This document shows, piece after piece, positions 40,838 through 52,584 of a stretch of 64,000 nucleotides of DNA. This DNA is from the human T2T-CHM13v2.0 reference genome, Homo sapiens. The notes below the pieces were generated by a model, which made no database searches, had not been told where the DNA came from, and saw only the letters and a program-made list of their open reading frames with translations. The position numbers and the translations under genes were made by a program. Location: assembly GCF_009914755.1 (NCBI RefSeq), contig NC_060927.1. One strand, written 5' to 3'. The number at the start of each line of letters is the position of its first letter. The stretch's first letter is position 1.

Positions 40838-42236
40838 GCCTTAGTTCAGACAAACTGACAGTTACTTAATTGCATATGGTTATACTGCATGTGGCTACTG
40901 TTTTTTGTTTTTCACAGATTACATCTTCCATGGGAGTTTAGTCAACACCAGTGTGCATTACTATACATTAATGAATCATTTGTGACAAAAAGAATTACCA
41001 TTAAATTGCAGAAAGAGTTCACTTTTTAAAGATTTGATGGCCTCACACCTCAGAGGTTGAATTTTTTGGTTCTTGCAAAGATCTGCAAGGTCAGCAGATT
41101 CAGTTAAACAGCTGTCAGGCAAAGTTGGCCTAATAACACTCAGGCATACCAGTGGGTTCTCTTGGCAGAAAAGGTGACAAGCAAGGGAAAGCATTAACAG
41201 AAGGCAGAGTGTGGTGAGGCATTCCCAACAGCAGTGCATAGAAAGGGATTATACTAAGAGTACATCTACACCAGAGAAATCCCCTTTGAAGATCCATCCT
41301 CACATTGACAGGTGCAGGCTTGGGAACTCAGTTCTCCCGCCCTCCTCTGGGAAGCTAGAGGAGAAAGAGCCTCACCCAGGAGGAAGCCAGGCAGGACTCA
41401 AGGGGTTCACTATAATTCTCAGAAGAAATATAATCAAACAGCACCAAAGATGCATTTTAAGACAAAATTCGAAAATGGATTCTGAAGATACCAAAGATCT
41501 AATTCTAACTGGGTTACTCACTCAATCTGAGTTTGGGTAAGTCACATAATGTTTCTGTTTTTAATTTTGTCTTATGCAGAATCAAGGGATTGAACTCAAT
41601 GAACTATGAAATTCCTTTTAAAAGTTGGACAATTTTATACTTATTGAATAGCTAATTATATTATATATAAATGGGTTCAAGGAAAAGCTCTCAGTCAATT
41701 ATAGATTTGTTTTTATTTTAATATATAAAAATCCTAAATCCCAACATGAAATCATCAGAGAGACATGCATGTCTTTGAAACCTGAATTTCTGAAAACTTT
41801 CTTAATCCCCATAAACTCTGATGGCATCCTGTTGTCCCTACTGAAAGATGCCATTATGCAAATATTTAGCCTAGTACTTTTAAACATCCACAAACGTTTA
41901 TTTCACTCTCCCAAATAACATTCAGAGGACTGAAAACATTCTGAACCCAGGCACTTATTGACATGATAGCTATGGGCTCTCATTAAAGGGTAGTCTATGA
42001 AATCTAATTCTGTGCTTACTGATGGTCTCCTGGGTTAAGAGAAATTGCAACCTGAAATGAGATACAGCTCTTTTATTGGTTGTTGTTACTGCAAAGTGGT
42101 CTTGAATCTTTCAGTGCTCTCTCCATTTTAACCCTCCTTCTTCAGGTGACACAGCAGCAATAAAAGACTCACTTCCTAAACCTTCCACATAACCCTGCTA
42201 CTTGATTCAGAGGCCATTGTCCATGTAAAAGGACTG

Positions 42237-42369
42237 AAAGAGAAATTGGGACTCCCAGAAATCCCAGGACAAATTTGTATGTCATAGAACTCCCAGAAAT
42301 CCCAGGACAAATTTGTATGTCAAAGAGAAATTGGAACTCCCAGAAATTCCAGGACAAATTTGCACGTCA
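42237..42369. repeat. Three copies of a 34-bp unit ACTCCCAGAAATCCCAGGACAAATTTGTATGTCA
   Basis: Copies at 42251, 42289 and 42336; leader AAAGAGAAATTGG precedes copies 1 and 3. Confidence 0.92.
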
Positions 42370-42372
42370 TAA

Positions 42373-42401
42373 TAATCCAACCTATTAAATAGGTTGGATT
42401 A
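42373..42401. repeat. 29-bp palindrome TAATCCAACCTATT-A-AATAGGTTGGATTA
   Basis: 14-bp arms are exact reverse complements around 42387. Confidence 0.95.
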
Positions 42402-42448
42402 AGTGCCAGTGCAATTCAGGGGAATGGAGAGAAAAAAGCCAAACTTAC

Positions 42449-42658
42449 TTCATCCACATGCCCAACAGCTCCATAAATCCTTGCCATCTGTCCAGTGAGG
42501 TAGGGGAATCTCTCACCAATCTCTTTCAGCATTGGAAGAAAACTGTTCAAAGCCACTGGCTCATAGACTGCTATCTCTATGAGGATGTTTAGGATGATGT
42601 CATTATGGGTTGAATCCTTCAAATGCCCAATTAGGAAAGGAATACACTTCTGAACTAC
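42449..42658 (-). CDS. VEPH1: VEPH1 internal coding exon, 210 nt (phase 0/0): VVQKCIPFLIGHLKDSTHNDIILNILIEIAVYEPVALNSFLPMLKEIGERFPYLTGQMARIYGAVGHVDE
   Basis: Long CT-rich polypyrimidine tract (plus purine run about 42661-42710) ending TTTATAG|; donor GAA|GTAAGT; continues the frame of the previous exon. Confidence 0.95.
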
Positions 42659-43519
42659 CTATAAAGAGAGAGGAGAGGAGGAGGGAAGAAAGAAGGAAGA
42701 AAGAGAAAAGTTAATTAAATTGGAATTAATTTTGAAAGCAAACTTTTTTTGCATTAAACCTGAACTCAACACATTCTGGGATTATTACCCTCCTTGGTAC
42801 TCAGGCAAATCTCCCAAGTTTAGAATTTAAAATTTACAATAAAATCTTCAGAGCCTTTAGTTCCTTTTCCTTTTAATCTGTGATTTGCTGTTGAAGAGTG
42901 AAGTTTAAAATAATGCTTCAGTGTTACTATTCATAAATCAAGTTTTGATGTGTTATTTCCTCATTGGGAATGCTACATTTCCTCCAACCACCATGAAAGC
43001 TGCAATTTAAAGGACAATTTAAGTAGGTAGGAGATCTTTGTTGACTTTAATCAAAGCCTTCAAAATGGAGAAATCCAGTTTAGAAATGTTTAATAAATAA
43101 AAATAAGAAAGCAGAAAAGATCTCCCACATTTTCTTCAATTTTCCATTTTGATCACAAAAATGTAATAATAAGATAAAATTATTAAAGCAAAATGATTTA
43201 TACCATAGTCACATTATCTTAATATTTTTTCTTGATTCTTAATGCTTATATGAATGTAAAGGTGAAATTTATCTGAGAAAATGGAATTCTTTTGTGGAAT
43301 AAAGACTCTATGTTAATACATCACATATTGATAATTTGATGAATTGTTTTGTTGGCTAAAATAGAAGAACTAGAAAGGGAAACCTGTGGGAAACTGAACA
43401 ACAAAAGTGAAACAGATTTGCCCATCCATATTTCTGTTTGTTTGTTTCTTTTGTTTGTGTTTTATTTACTTTATTGATTTGTCATTTTTTGAGTAGGGTA
43501 GACTTTAAATGTAGCTTCC

Positions 43520-44720
43520 AGTATTAAAACCAAATCTGATACACAGCACCATCTGCCCAAAGTTGAACTCATAATCCACCCCCTGCCAAAAACCTGCTTC
43601 TCCCACCACCCCTTCTGGCCCTAAGTGCCTCCTTTTCTCATAAATGACACCATTATCCACCTGGCTACTCAAACTAGAAACTGTTTCTCCCTTACCAGCA
43701 GCTGTTATCCAAGCAATCATCATGTCCTGTTGATTCCAATGCCCAAGAATCCCACAGATCTGTTCACTCCCTTCTCTTTATATTTATCCATTAATTCACT
43801 CATTCACAAATACTGATTGAGTCCTTCCTATTTGCAAGCTGTAGGTGATGGGGATAGCAATAAGTCTGAAAAGATTCACTGTTTAGTAAAGGAGACATTC
43901 AGTAAAAGAAATAATCACATCAGAAATGAACAATTATAAATTTTAATAAATCCCATACAGGGAAAATGTAGGGCTCTGTGAAAGACTGTCCTAGGGCTCT
44001 AATTTAGGCAAAGGTTCAGGGAAGGCCTCTCTCAGCGGGACATGGAGCTGAGATCACTGACCCAGGCATCCCACACATGGGTTATTCCAACAGCCTCCTA
44101 ACAGGTCTCCCTGTCTTCAGTCTTGCCCATCCAATCTCTTCTCAGCTTTAGCCACAATGGTGTTTTTTCCTGCCTTAAAACCCTACAGTCACTTGCCCTT
44201 TTTTGTATACCTGACTCCTATCCATCTTCCCACATTCAGTCTCTTGCCCACTTGGTCCACCTTCCCGCAGTCCAGTTCCCACTACACATCACACATCAAT
44301 TATGATGAATTTTTTTTAAAAATTCTTAACTTGCTAAATTTTCTTTTGCAGCTGGGATTTTACTCATGTGATTTATTCTGCCTGGAATTCTTGTTGCCCC
44401 TATTTTGCTTGAGTAGCTCCTGATCATTCTTGAGGCCTCAGATGAACTGTTATTTCCTTAAGAAACCTCCCTCAGCTCCTCTCCTCTTCCTTCTCAGTCT
44501 ATAGTGCCCTTGTGGAAGCTCCCAGTGTACCCTAAGTGGCCCTGAGCAGGTCCTTCACATGCTTCCTTCTTACTGCTGCTCTAGATGCCTTTCAGGCTGG
44601 ATTGAAAGCTCCACAAGGTAAAGAATCATCCCTATCTTGTACACTATTGGATACCTAATGCCTTATACAGAGCTTATCCACAAGTTGAGTTAATAAGTTT
44701 TTGAGCAATAAATCAAAGGA
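43520..44720. mobile_element. L2 (+) interrupted by an oppositely oriented L2 3' end (about 43785-44055)
   Basis: Plus L2 motifs (caacagcctcctaacaggtctccctg; ttgagcaataaat) flank a reverse L2 tail (cattcacaaatactgattgagt). Confidence 0.6.
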
Positions 44721-45317
44721 AGGTAAGTGTAATTTATATAGAGTGACATCTGAATAAAACATCTCCCCCACCCTATAGTAGTTAAAGAGTTGTACACAAT
44801 GTTTAAACATATACTGTCATGTATTACTACAAAACAACTAACAAGAACATAAAAGAAGAAAGTTTCTAGATAACTAAAATTATCCTATATAGAGATTTAA
44901 ACTTTAGATTCATATCCAGTACTTTTGGAGGAAATAAAGGGCTAGATTCTGGTAAATGGCATATATGAATGCACAGTTCTACAAATGCTGCCTGTGCATT
45001 AGGGAGCAATTGTATGTCCTTCAGGAGAAGCCATGCGAGGTCCCTGGCATATATGGCAGAAGTGTCAGCCAGCTGCTCCAGGTCAGGGCAACATACTTAA
45101 CCTCATGTTTTTAGCAATGAAAAATGCTTGCACATTTCCTGCCCCATTCTATAAAGTTTCATTTGCCAGTCCTTACTCTTCAGGTCCTGTTTCCTGAACA
45201 CCAAGGTCTTTGTGACATGTGCTTCTAGTCATGTCACTTTTACTTTAAAATTTAAACTCCAGTGATACGTCCCAAGCTACACAGCATGGGTTTTAGCTGT
45301 TGTCCTGTAAAGAACAA

Positions 45318-45520
45318 TTAAAAAGGAAAGAAAAAGAAAAAATGAAGGAAGGAAGAGAAATAAAGAAAGAGAGAAAGGAAAGAGAAAAAGGAAAGAAAGA
45401 AATAAAGAAAGAAAAGAAAGAGAGAAAGAGAAAGAAAGACAGACAGACAGAAAGAAAGAAAGAGAAAGGAAGGACGGAAGGAGAAAGAGAAAGAAAGAAG
45501 AGAGAAAAGGAAAGAAAGAA
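45318..45520. repeat. About 200-bp GA/GAAA purine-rich low-complexity tract
   Basis: Direct reading. Confidence 0.95.
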
Positions 45521-47048
45521 GCTCAAGGCAAATACATACACCTGGGCATAGTTGAATCCATAGAAAGAGCAAGGGAAGTGAAGCCCTGAACAATGTAAAC
45601 TAAATAATAACAATTTTACAAATTAAACAAAAGTTGTTTTTTTTTTTACTCTGAATTCCTAATAGCCTAAAGCTTGTTATGATAATGATAGAAAACACAG
45701 GTATTTCTTGAAATTTATCCACACATGAGAAACAAGTCTGCTTTGGGCTTTAGATAGATTATTCTTGGATTAGAAGGAATTTTATTTTCCAAACATAGGG
45801 CATTTCCTTAGGCTGGTGTCTTCAGTGCTTCCTCATTGGGAGCCGCCTTCCTGACTCAGGGAATGCTGTGCTTTGCTGAGAGCCAAGTAGCCACTAAGAA
45901 TATAGATTCTGGCTGCAGAGAACAAGCTGACATGGACTTTGTTCAGGCTGTAAACCATGGACAGCTGAAAAAGCTACCAAACTGGCCTTCTTGCCTCAAG
46001 TCTCTGTCCCTTCTGTTCAGGCTCCTCACTGCCACCAGAGTCATAGCCCTTAAACTCCGATCTAATTACCTCAGGTCTCTCTTAGAGACTTTCAAAAATT
46101 TCTCATGGCCCATGGCCAAAATTCCAATGCTGTGGTATTCCAGATTCCAGTGTCTTTTTTGATGGGCCTATCTGCAGACTCTTCCCCCATGACCCAGCTA
46201 CATGGCACTGATCACTCACAGTGGCTTGAACACAGAGAGAAATCTCATACTTTCAAATTCGATCTCAAATCTCTACTTCTTGGAAGTCTTCTTTCCAGCC
46301 CACCATAACAAATGCAGGACCTGACACTAGGGTACAAGCAGAGGCCCTTACACCACAAATATTCAGCTGCTATATAAAATGTTCTATCCTCCTCCCTGAC
46401 AAATGTGCCTTTATAACAATCTGTGATGCTTGATTTGAATTTAGAATGTTTGGACTCTGTAGAGAAAACAGGGAGAGATGTCTCTCAGCCCCCATTCCTT
46501 GCCCCATCCCTTCTCTTCTATTTCTACCCCTGGCTTTGCCCTGCATGTGAACACCCCAGTCCACATATGCAAGCTCTTCTAGGCCACCTCTCAAGAATAT
46601 GGGGTCAACTGTCGGCATGGCTTGTTCTCAGGAGAATAGACCCAAGGACGAAGTCTTCACAAGCTCTGGAAGCAGGTTTGAGATACCTGGGAAAGGAATT
46701 CCAAGATCTCAGTTACCTGAACTGAGTTTAGTGGGCAAAGGAGTGGATGGGAACTAAGGGTGCAAGTAAAGGAGGGCCCAAACAGAATGCTCTAAACCAA
46801 GTAGCCCAGGGTAGGGCAGCAACCCTGAATTCCCTGGTTTTTCCTGAATAGAGTTAGTCACTTCCTCTTCTGTGCTCCCATAGCAGTCTATTCACGAGTT
46901 TGGCATTTTGTCATTGAAGATTGATGGATATATCTTCCAGACCATGTGCACCTTGAGGATAGGGCCATCTGAAAACAGTGCCGTAACTTAATTTACAGCA
47001 AACAACATTTCAATTCCTCTGTAAAGAATAAAAGTTTTCAAGCAATTA

Positions 47049-48923
47049 AAGTCTCAGGATACAAAATCAATATGCAAAAATCACTAGCATTCCTATATAA
47101 CAACAGCAGGGAAGCAAAGAGCCAAATCATGAATAAATTCCCATTCGCAATTGCTGCAAAGAGAATAAAATATCTTGGAATACAGCTAACAAGGGAAGTG
47201 AAGGACCTCTTTAAGCAGAACTACAAACCACTGCTCAAGAAAATCGGAGAGGACACAAACAAATGGAAAAAACATTCCATGCTCATAGATAGAAAGAATC
47301 AGTATTGTGAAAATGGCCATACTGCCCAAAACAATTTACAGATTCAATGCTACTCTCATTAAACTACCATTGACCTTCACAGAATTAGAAAAGACTATTT
47401 TAAAAGTCATTTGGAACCAAAGAAGAGCCCAAATAGCCAAGACGATCCTAAGCAAAAAGAATAAAACTGGAGGCGTTATACTACCCAACTTCATACTAAA
47501 CTACGAGGCTACAGTAACCAAAACGGCAGAGTACTGGTACAAAAACAGACACATAGACGAATGGAACAGAATAGAGATCTCAGAAATAAGACCACACATC
47601 CACAACTATCTGATCTTCAACAAACCTGACAAAAACAAGCGAGGGGGAAAGGATTTTCTATTCAATAAATAGTGCTGGGAGAAGTGGCTAGCCATATGCA
47701 GAAGACTGAAATAGGATCCCTTCCTTACGCCTCATAAAAAAATTAACTCAAGATGGATTGAAGACTTAAATGTAAAACCCCAAAAGATCAAAACCCTAAA
47801 AGAAAATCGAGGCAATACTATTCAGGACATAGGCACAGGCAAAGATTCATGATGAAAACATCAAAACCAATTGCAACAAAAGCAAAAGACAAATGGGATC
47901 TAATTAAAGAGCTTCTGCACAGCAAAAGAAACTATCATCAGAGTGAACATATAATCTACAGAATGGGAGAAGATTTTTGCAATCTATCCATCTGACAAAG
48001 GTCTAATATCCAGAATCTACAAGGAACTTAAACATTTACAAGAAAACAAACAAACATCCCCATTAAGAAGTGGGCAAAGAACGTGAATAGCCACTACTCA
48101 AAAGAAGACATTCATGTGGCCAGCAGACATATGAAAAAAAACTCAACATCCCTGATCATTAGAGAAATTCAAATCAAAACCACAGTGAGATGCTGTCTCA
48201 CGCCAGTCAGAATAGTGATTACTAAAAAGTCAAGAAGAAATAGATGCTGGCGAGGTTGTGGAGAAAAAGGAACATTTTTACACTATTGGTGGGAATGTAA
48301 ATTAGTTCAACCATTTTGGAAGATAGTGTGGTGATTCTTCAAAGACCCAGAACCAGAAATACCATTTGACCCAACAATCTCATTAGTGGGTATATACCCA
48401 AAGGAATATAAATCATTCTATTATAAAGATACTTGCATGCATATGTTCATTGCAGCACCATTTGCAATACCAAAGACATGGAATCAACCCAAATACCCAT
48501 CAATGATAGACTGGATAAAGAAAATATGGCACATATATACCATGGACTACTATGCAGTCATAAAAAGGAACAAGATCATGTCCTTTGCAAGGACATGGAT
48601 GGAGCTGGAAGCCATTATCCTCAGCAAACTAATGCAGAAACAGAAAACCAAACACCACATGTTCTCATTTATAAGTGGGAGGTGAACGATGAGAATACAA
48701 GCATACGATATGGGAGGGGTGGAACAACACACACTGGGACCTGTTGGGGGGCTGGGGGGAGGGAAAGTATCAGGTAGAATAGTTAATGCATGCTTGGCTT
48801 AATACCCAGGTGATGGGTTGATCTGTGTAGCAAACCACGATGGCACACATTTAGCTATGTAACAAACCCGCACATCCTGCCCATGTACCCCAGAACTTAA
48901 AAGTTGAAGGAGAAAAAAAAAAG
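47049..48923 (+). mobile_element. 5'-truncated L1PA (about PA10-12), about 1.9 kb
   Basis: Fragmented ORF2 C-terminus (ORFs 47072.., 47307.., 48083.., 48386..), 3'UTR and A tail; TSD AGCAATTA (47041-47048 / 48924-48931). Confidence 0.93.
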
Positions 48924-51900
48924 AGCAATTATGTACACACACACATACACATACACATGTGCGTGGGCACACACTTCCTCTTCAATTAGTCTTCAGGCCC
49001 AATTTTCTCTTTTAATTACTTTGGCTAGCATTAAGAATCTACTAATCTCTAGAAATGGACAAAATGACTGCCATTTTTATTTACTAATTCCTACCATACT
49101 GAAAAATATTATATATTCCAAAAACCATAGTTCTGCTCTAAATTTCAGAACAGTCTACATATTCCAGCACTCTGTCTTCTTAATGTTCTGCAAATGACTT
49201 CTTATTTTAAATGAATACCAAAAGTGACCTCTGAGTATTCTTGGCCTCGATTAGGTGTGTGAATAGGAATGCTCTACACTGTTGAGCAAAAATCCTAGAA
49301 AATAATTCTCTCCTCTAGGGAACAGATCACAAAAGCAGCTCCTCTGTGTCTGAACATTCATCACCGGAAGGCTTCCCTTGCCACTTCCTGTCACTCATTG
49401 CTGTATGCTTGGGGATAGAAGTTAATGTCCCAGGGATAACAACAGATATGCTTATATGTGTTACTAAACTCTGTTCCTTTCGTTGGCTAGACTACAGCAT
49501 GGTTTACAGCAGCCAAGATTATAGACTTGATTCTCATAAAGGCCACTTGGAAAGTTGATCACCCAGCCTTTTTCTGTAAATGGATCCTGAGAATTCTCTG
49601 GAGGTACCAGTTATAAATTACTAGCCAGGAACTGCCTCCTTCCATCTGGCAAGGATAGTGTCCTGAAAAGTAGGATGCCTAGAGGGCAGTGATGGAGGAA
49701 GGGGACCCATCTGCTCAGTTAGCCACATCGTGGAGCTCACAGATATGTGATATGTGGATGTTGAAGCGATGCTACCTTCACAGTCTCATGGACTAGTCAG
49801 CTTTATGTAGAGAATTTTTTTTTCAAGGGCCAACTGTTGACCCTCCAGCCCTGGAAAGCCATGCTATCCCAGGTCACAGAAGGTGGGTAGTGAGAAGGGC
49901 ATTCAGGACACATGAAGCATCCCCGCACATTGCCCCTCCCTAGAGAGCTCACTCAGTTTACCTCCAAGTTACAGAGCATCAGGAATGCTTTAATGCAGGC
50001 AGGGAAGCTCTACTTGAATTCCAGTTTCACAAAGTCAAAACCTCCTTAGTTAGCTTCCTATTTCACCTGAAATGAATTAGGCTTAACTTGAAAGCTTCAG
50101 TCTGTATTTCTGGTTGTCGCCACTTATTTCCCTTCTCAGTAAACCCTTTCTCCACATTTCCTTCCATCTCCCTTGCTCACTGTCTAATTAAGGAAGGGGT
50201 GAGGGAGAAGGTGAATCAGGCAGTTTCTGTATTGTACCACCTGTGGTGACAGACCCTTTGAAATCAAGGGTGTGCTCTAGTTCTAGGGGTGCTGGCAGCA
50301 GGAACAGAGCACGAAGAGCCGAGGGAGGCAAGTGGAGAGGCTGCTTTACCATGAAGGTAGGGGTGACAGGAAACGGGACTCCACAATACCCCATTACAAC
50401 TTCTTCCCCCCAGGTAGGATCCTGGCATGGGTGGGGTCCATCCACATCACTCTAGGTGCTCCCTAAACCCTGGCCTCTTTGTTCTGGGATCCACACTCAG
50501 CACCCACAATACCTAGCAGAATGTGAGTTCACCCTCTCCTCATTTTGTTTACTCTCCTTCTTTTGTCTAGCCACCCTCCAACTGCCCTTTCTCCCTCACC
50601 TTCTCCTGTATCTTCTGGAACTCTCATTTGCTTCACAAGCCACAGCCTTGATTCTTTAGTGTGTTGAGGTCAAAAGATTTCATTGGTTGGAATTAGACTG
50701 GGTTTGTGTTGCAGCTTGGCCTGATCTATCTGGCTTTGGGAAAGTGACCCAGCTAGTGTGAGGCCCAGATGGTTTTAGGATGGTTTTAGGGAAGGTAGTA
50801 TGACTCTGATGGTCAGTGGGGGACATGAAAGTTGAAAGGCTGATAAAGATGAAGTGCATGTGAAAAGCCACCTCACCCACCAAGTCACCCTTTGGTACCA
50901 CCACTGTTCTTAAAAACCTCTCCAAACATTGGCTTCTCTATTTATAAAACAAAAAGCTTGTTGTGGGAAATAAATGAGATGTCTGTGATACACCTATATA
51001 GTGCCTGGTATATGGTATGAGCTCAGTCACTATTAGTGCCATTGTCTACCCTCCCCTGCCTGCTGGGACCAGCACTGAGGAAACTCCTCCTCTTGTAGCC
51101 TTCTCTACAGTGGAAGTGGAAGCTGCCCAGTTATTTCCCCAGTTGGGGACCTCTGCTCTAGGTGATCGAGTAATCCTTCAACTCCACTCCTCACCCCAAA
51201 CTCTACTGCAGTTTTGCTCATCCTTTCTGTCCTCAATCCTTTCCAAAATTGGTTCTCTCATTTGTGCTCTGGAATACATTCCCCATCTTCCTCCAGCACC
51301 TTGTTCTGTCTCCTATTTCCTCTCACATCTTCAATCCCTTTATTCTTATTGTGTCTTTAACTCTCCTTGTTTTTTCTAAACTTCCTGAATTGGCAGTCCA
51401 TACTCACATGATCCTTTCCTAACCTTCCCTTCCATATGCAATCCACAATAAATGACTGACTTCTCCCACCCTGCCTCAATGATGCTGCCTTTTATAAAAA
51501 AGATAACAACTGGTGAGCCCCAATTGCCAAATCCAAGGTCAATGCCTGTCTCTTGTCTTTTTTACTTCTCTAGACCTTGACCCTGTTGAGCCACTTTTTC
51601 CCCTTTGGAGAATACAGCATGACTTTTCCTCGTTCTTCATGTCTTCACTATTTTTGTCTCTTGTTAATTTGTTCATTTCTTAATTCAATAACTTTTTATT
51701 AGAATCCTACTATGTAACCCAGCACTACACCAGGGAGTGCATATGAATATGTAGATAAGAGTCCTATGTACCTTAAGGAGTTTATAGTGCACTGAAAGAA
51801 ACAGTCGTGCAAAAATAACAACATATTGCTCTATGTGCAAAAGGGACAGTGCATACCAGTAACACAGAATTCCCCAGTCCTCTGCCTGAGCTCTAGCCTT

Positions 51901-52584
51901 GCTCCTCAAAATGTTGTCCCTTGAAGCAATAGCAGCAGCACCATATGGGTATTTGTAAAAAGACACAGTTGGGGTACCCAATTGTGTCTACTGAACCTAC
52001 TGAACCAAAATCCCTGGGAGTGAGGCTCAGGCATTGGTCATCCTTGTTGGTCTCATCTCCTGAAGCTTCCTGTGAATTCTGCTCTCCAATATTCAAGATT
52101 CCCAGCTCTGAATCATCTGCATAAAAGTATGCATTCTTCAGGATATGGCCTGATGTCACACCCTTTGTGGGACTTCATGGCATCTATTTTCCTCTAAAGT
52201 AGAATTCATTACCCCCATCTCTGTTTATGCCATTTGCAAAGAATTTATCACCTTGTTTAATTTGATTCTATGTTTATTGTCAGTTTGGTTCTATGAATGT
52301 TTATTGAGCACTATCAGATACTATGGAAAAGTCTAAGATACAGAGGAAAGAAGAAATCATTTCTTGTCAAAGGAGCTTGCAGTCTATTGTGGCTAATTAT
52401 GCATATAACTATTCTTTCTTGCCTTTCTTTGAGTAATTTGTATGTTGAATACAAATGTTCCAGTCTTCACTTAAGCATTGATTTTTTTTTCAAGTGGTGG
52501 ATAGTGAAACTATAAAGAAATGGGACAACCATAATTGAATAACCTTGGACTAACAATTCATATTCACTGTGCACACATGTTGGT

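Noticed and set aside
42377-42397. CCAACCTA..TAGGTTGG resembling Hsmar1/MADE1 terminal repeats
   Set aside because: The match stops after about 8 bp with no TGCAAAAGTAATTG continuation; insufficient to call a mariner element
42237-42401. Three 34-bp repeats plus a hairpin superficially resembling a CRISPR array with terminator
   Set aside because: Spacers are only 4 and about 13 bp and not unique, there are no cas genes, and the context is a primate intron; this is a local tandem duplication
45293-45613. Lys/Glu/Arg-rich and Phe/Ser/Leu-rich ORFs
   Set aside because: Translations of the GAAA low-complexity tract
47072-48777. Series of ORFs similar to L1 ORF2p (also 25093-26359 and 20374-20565)
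   Set aside because: Frameshifted fragments of truncated L1 copies; not retrotransposition-competent
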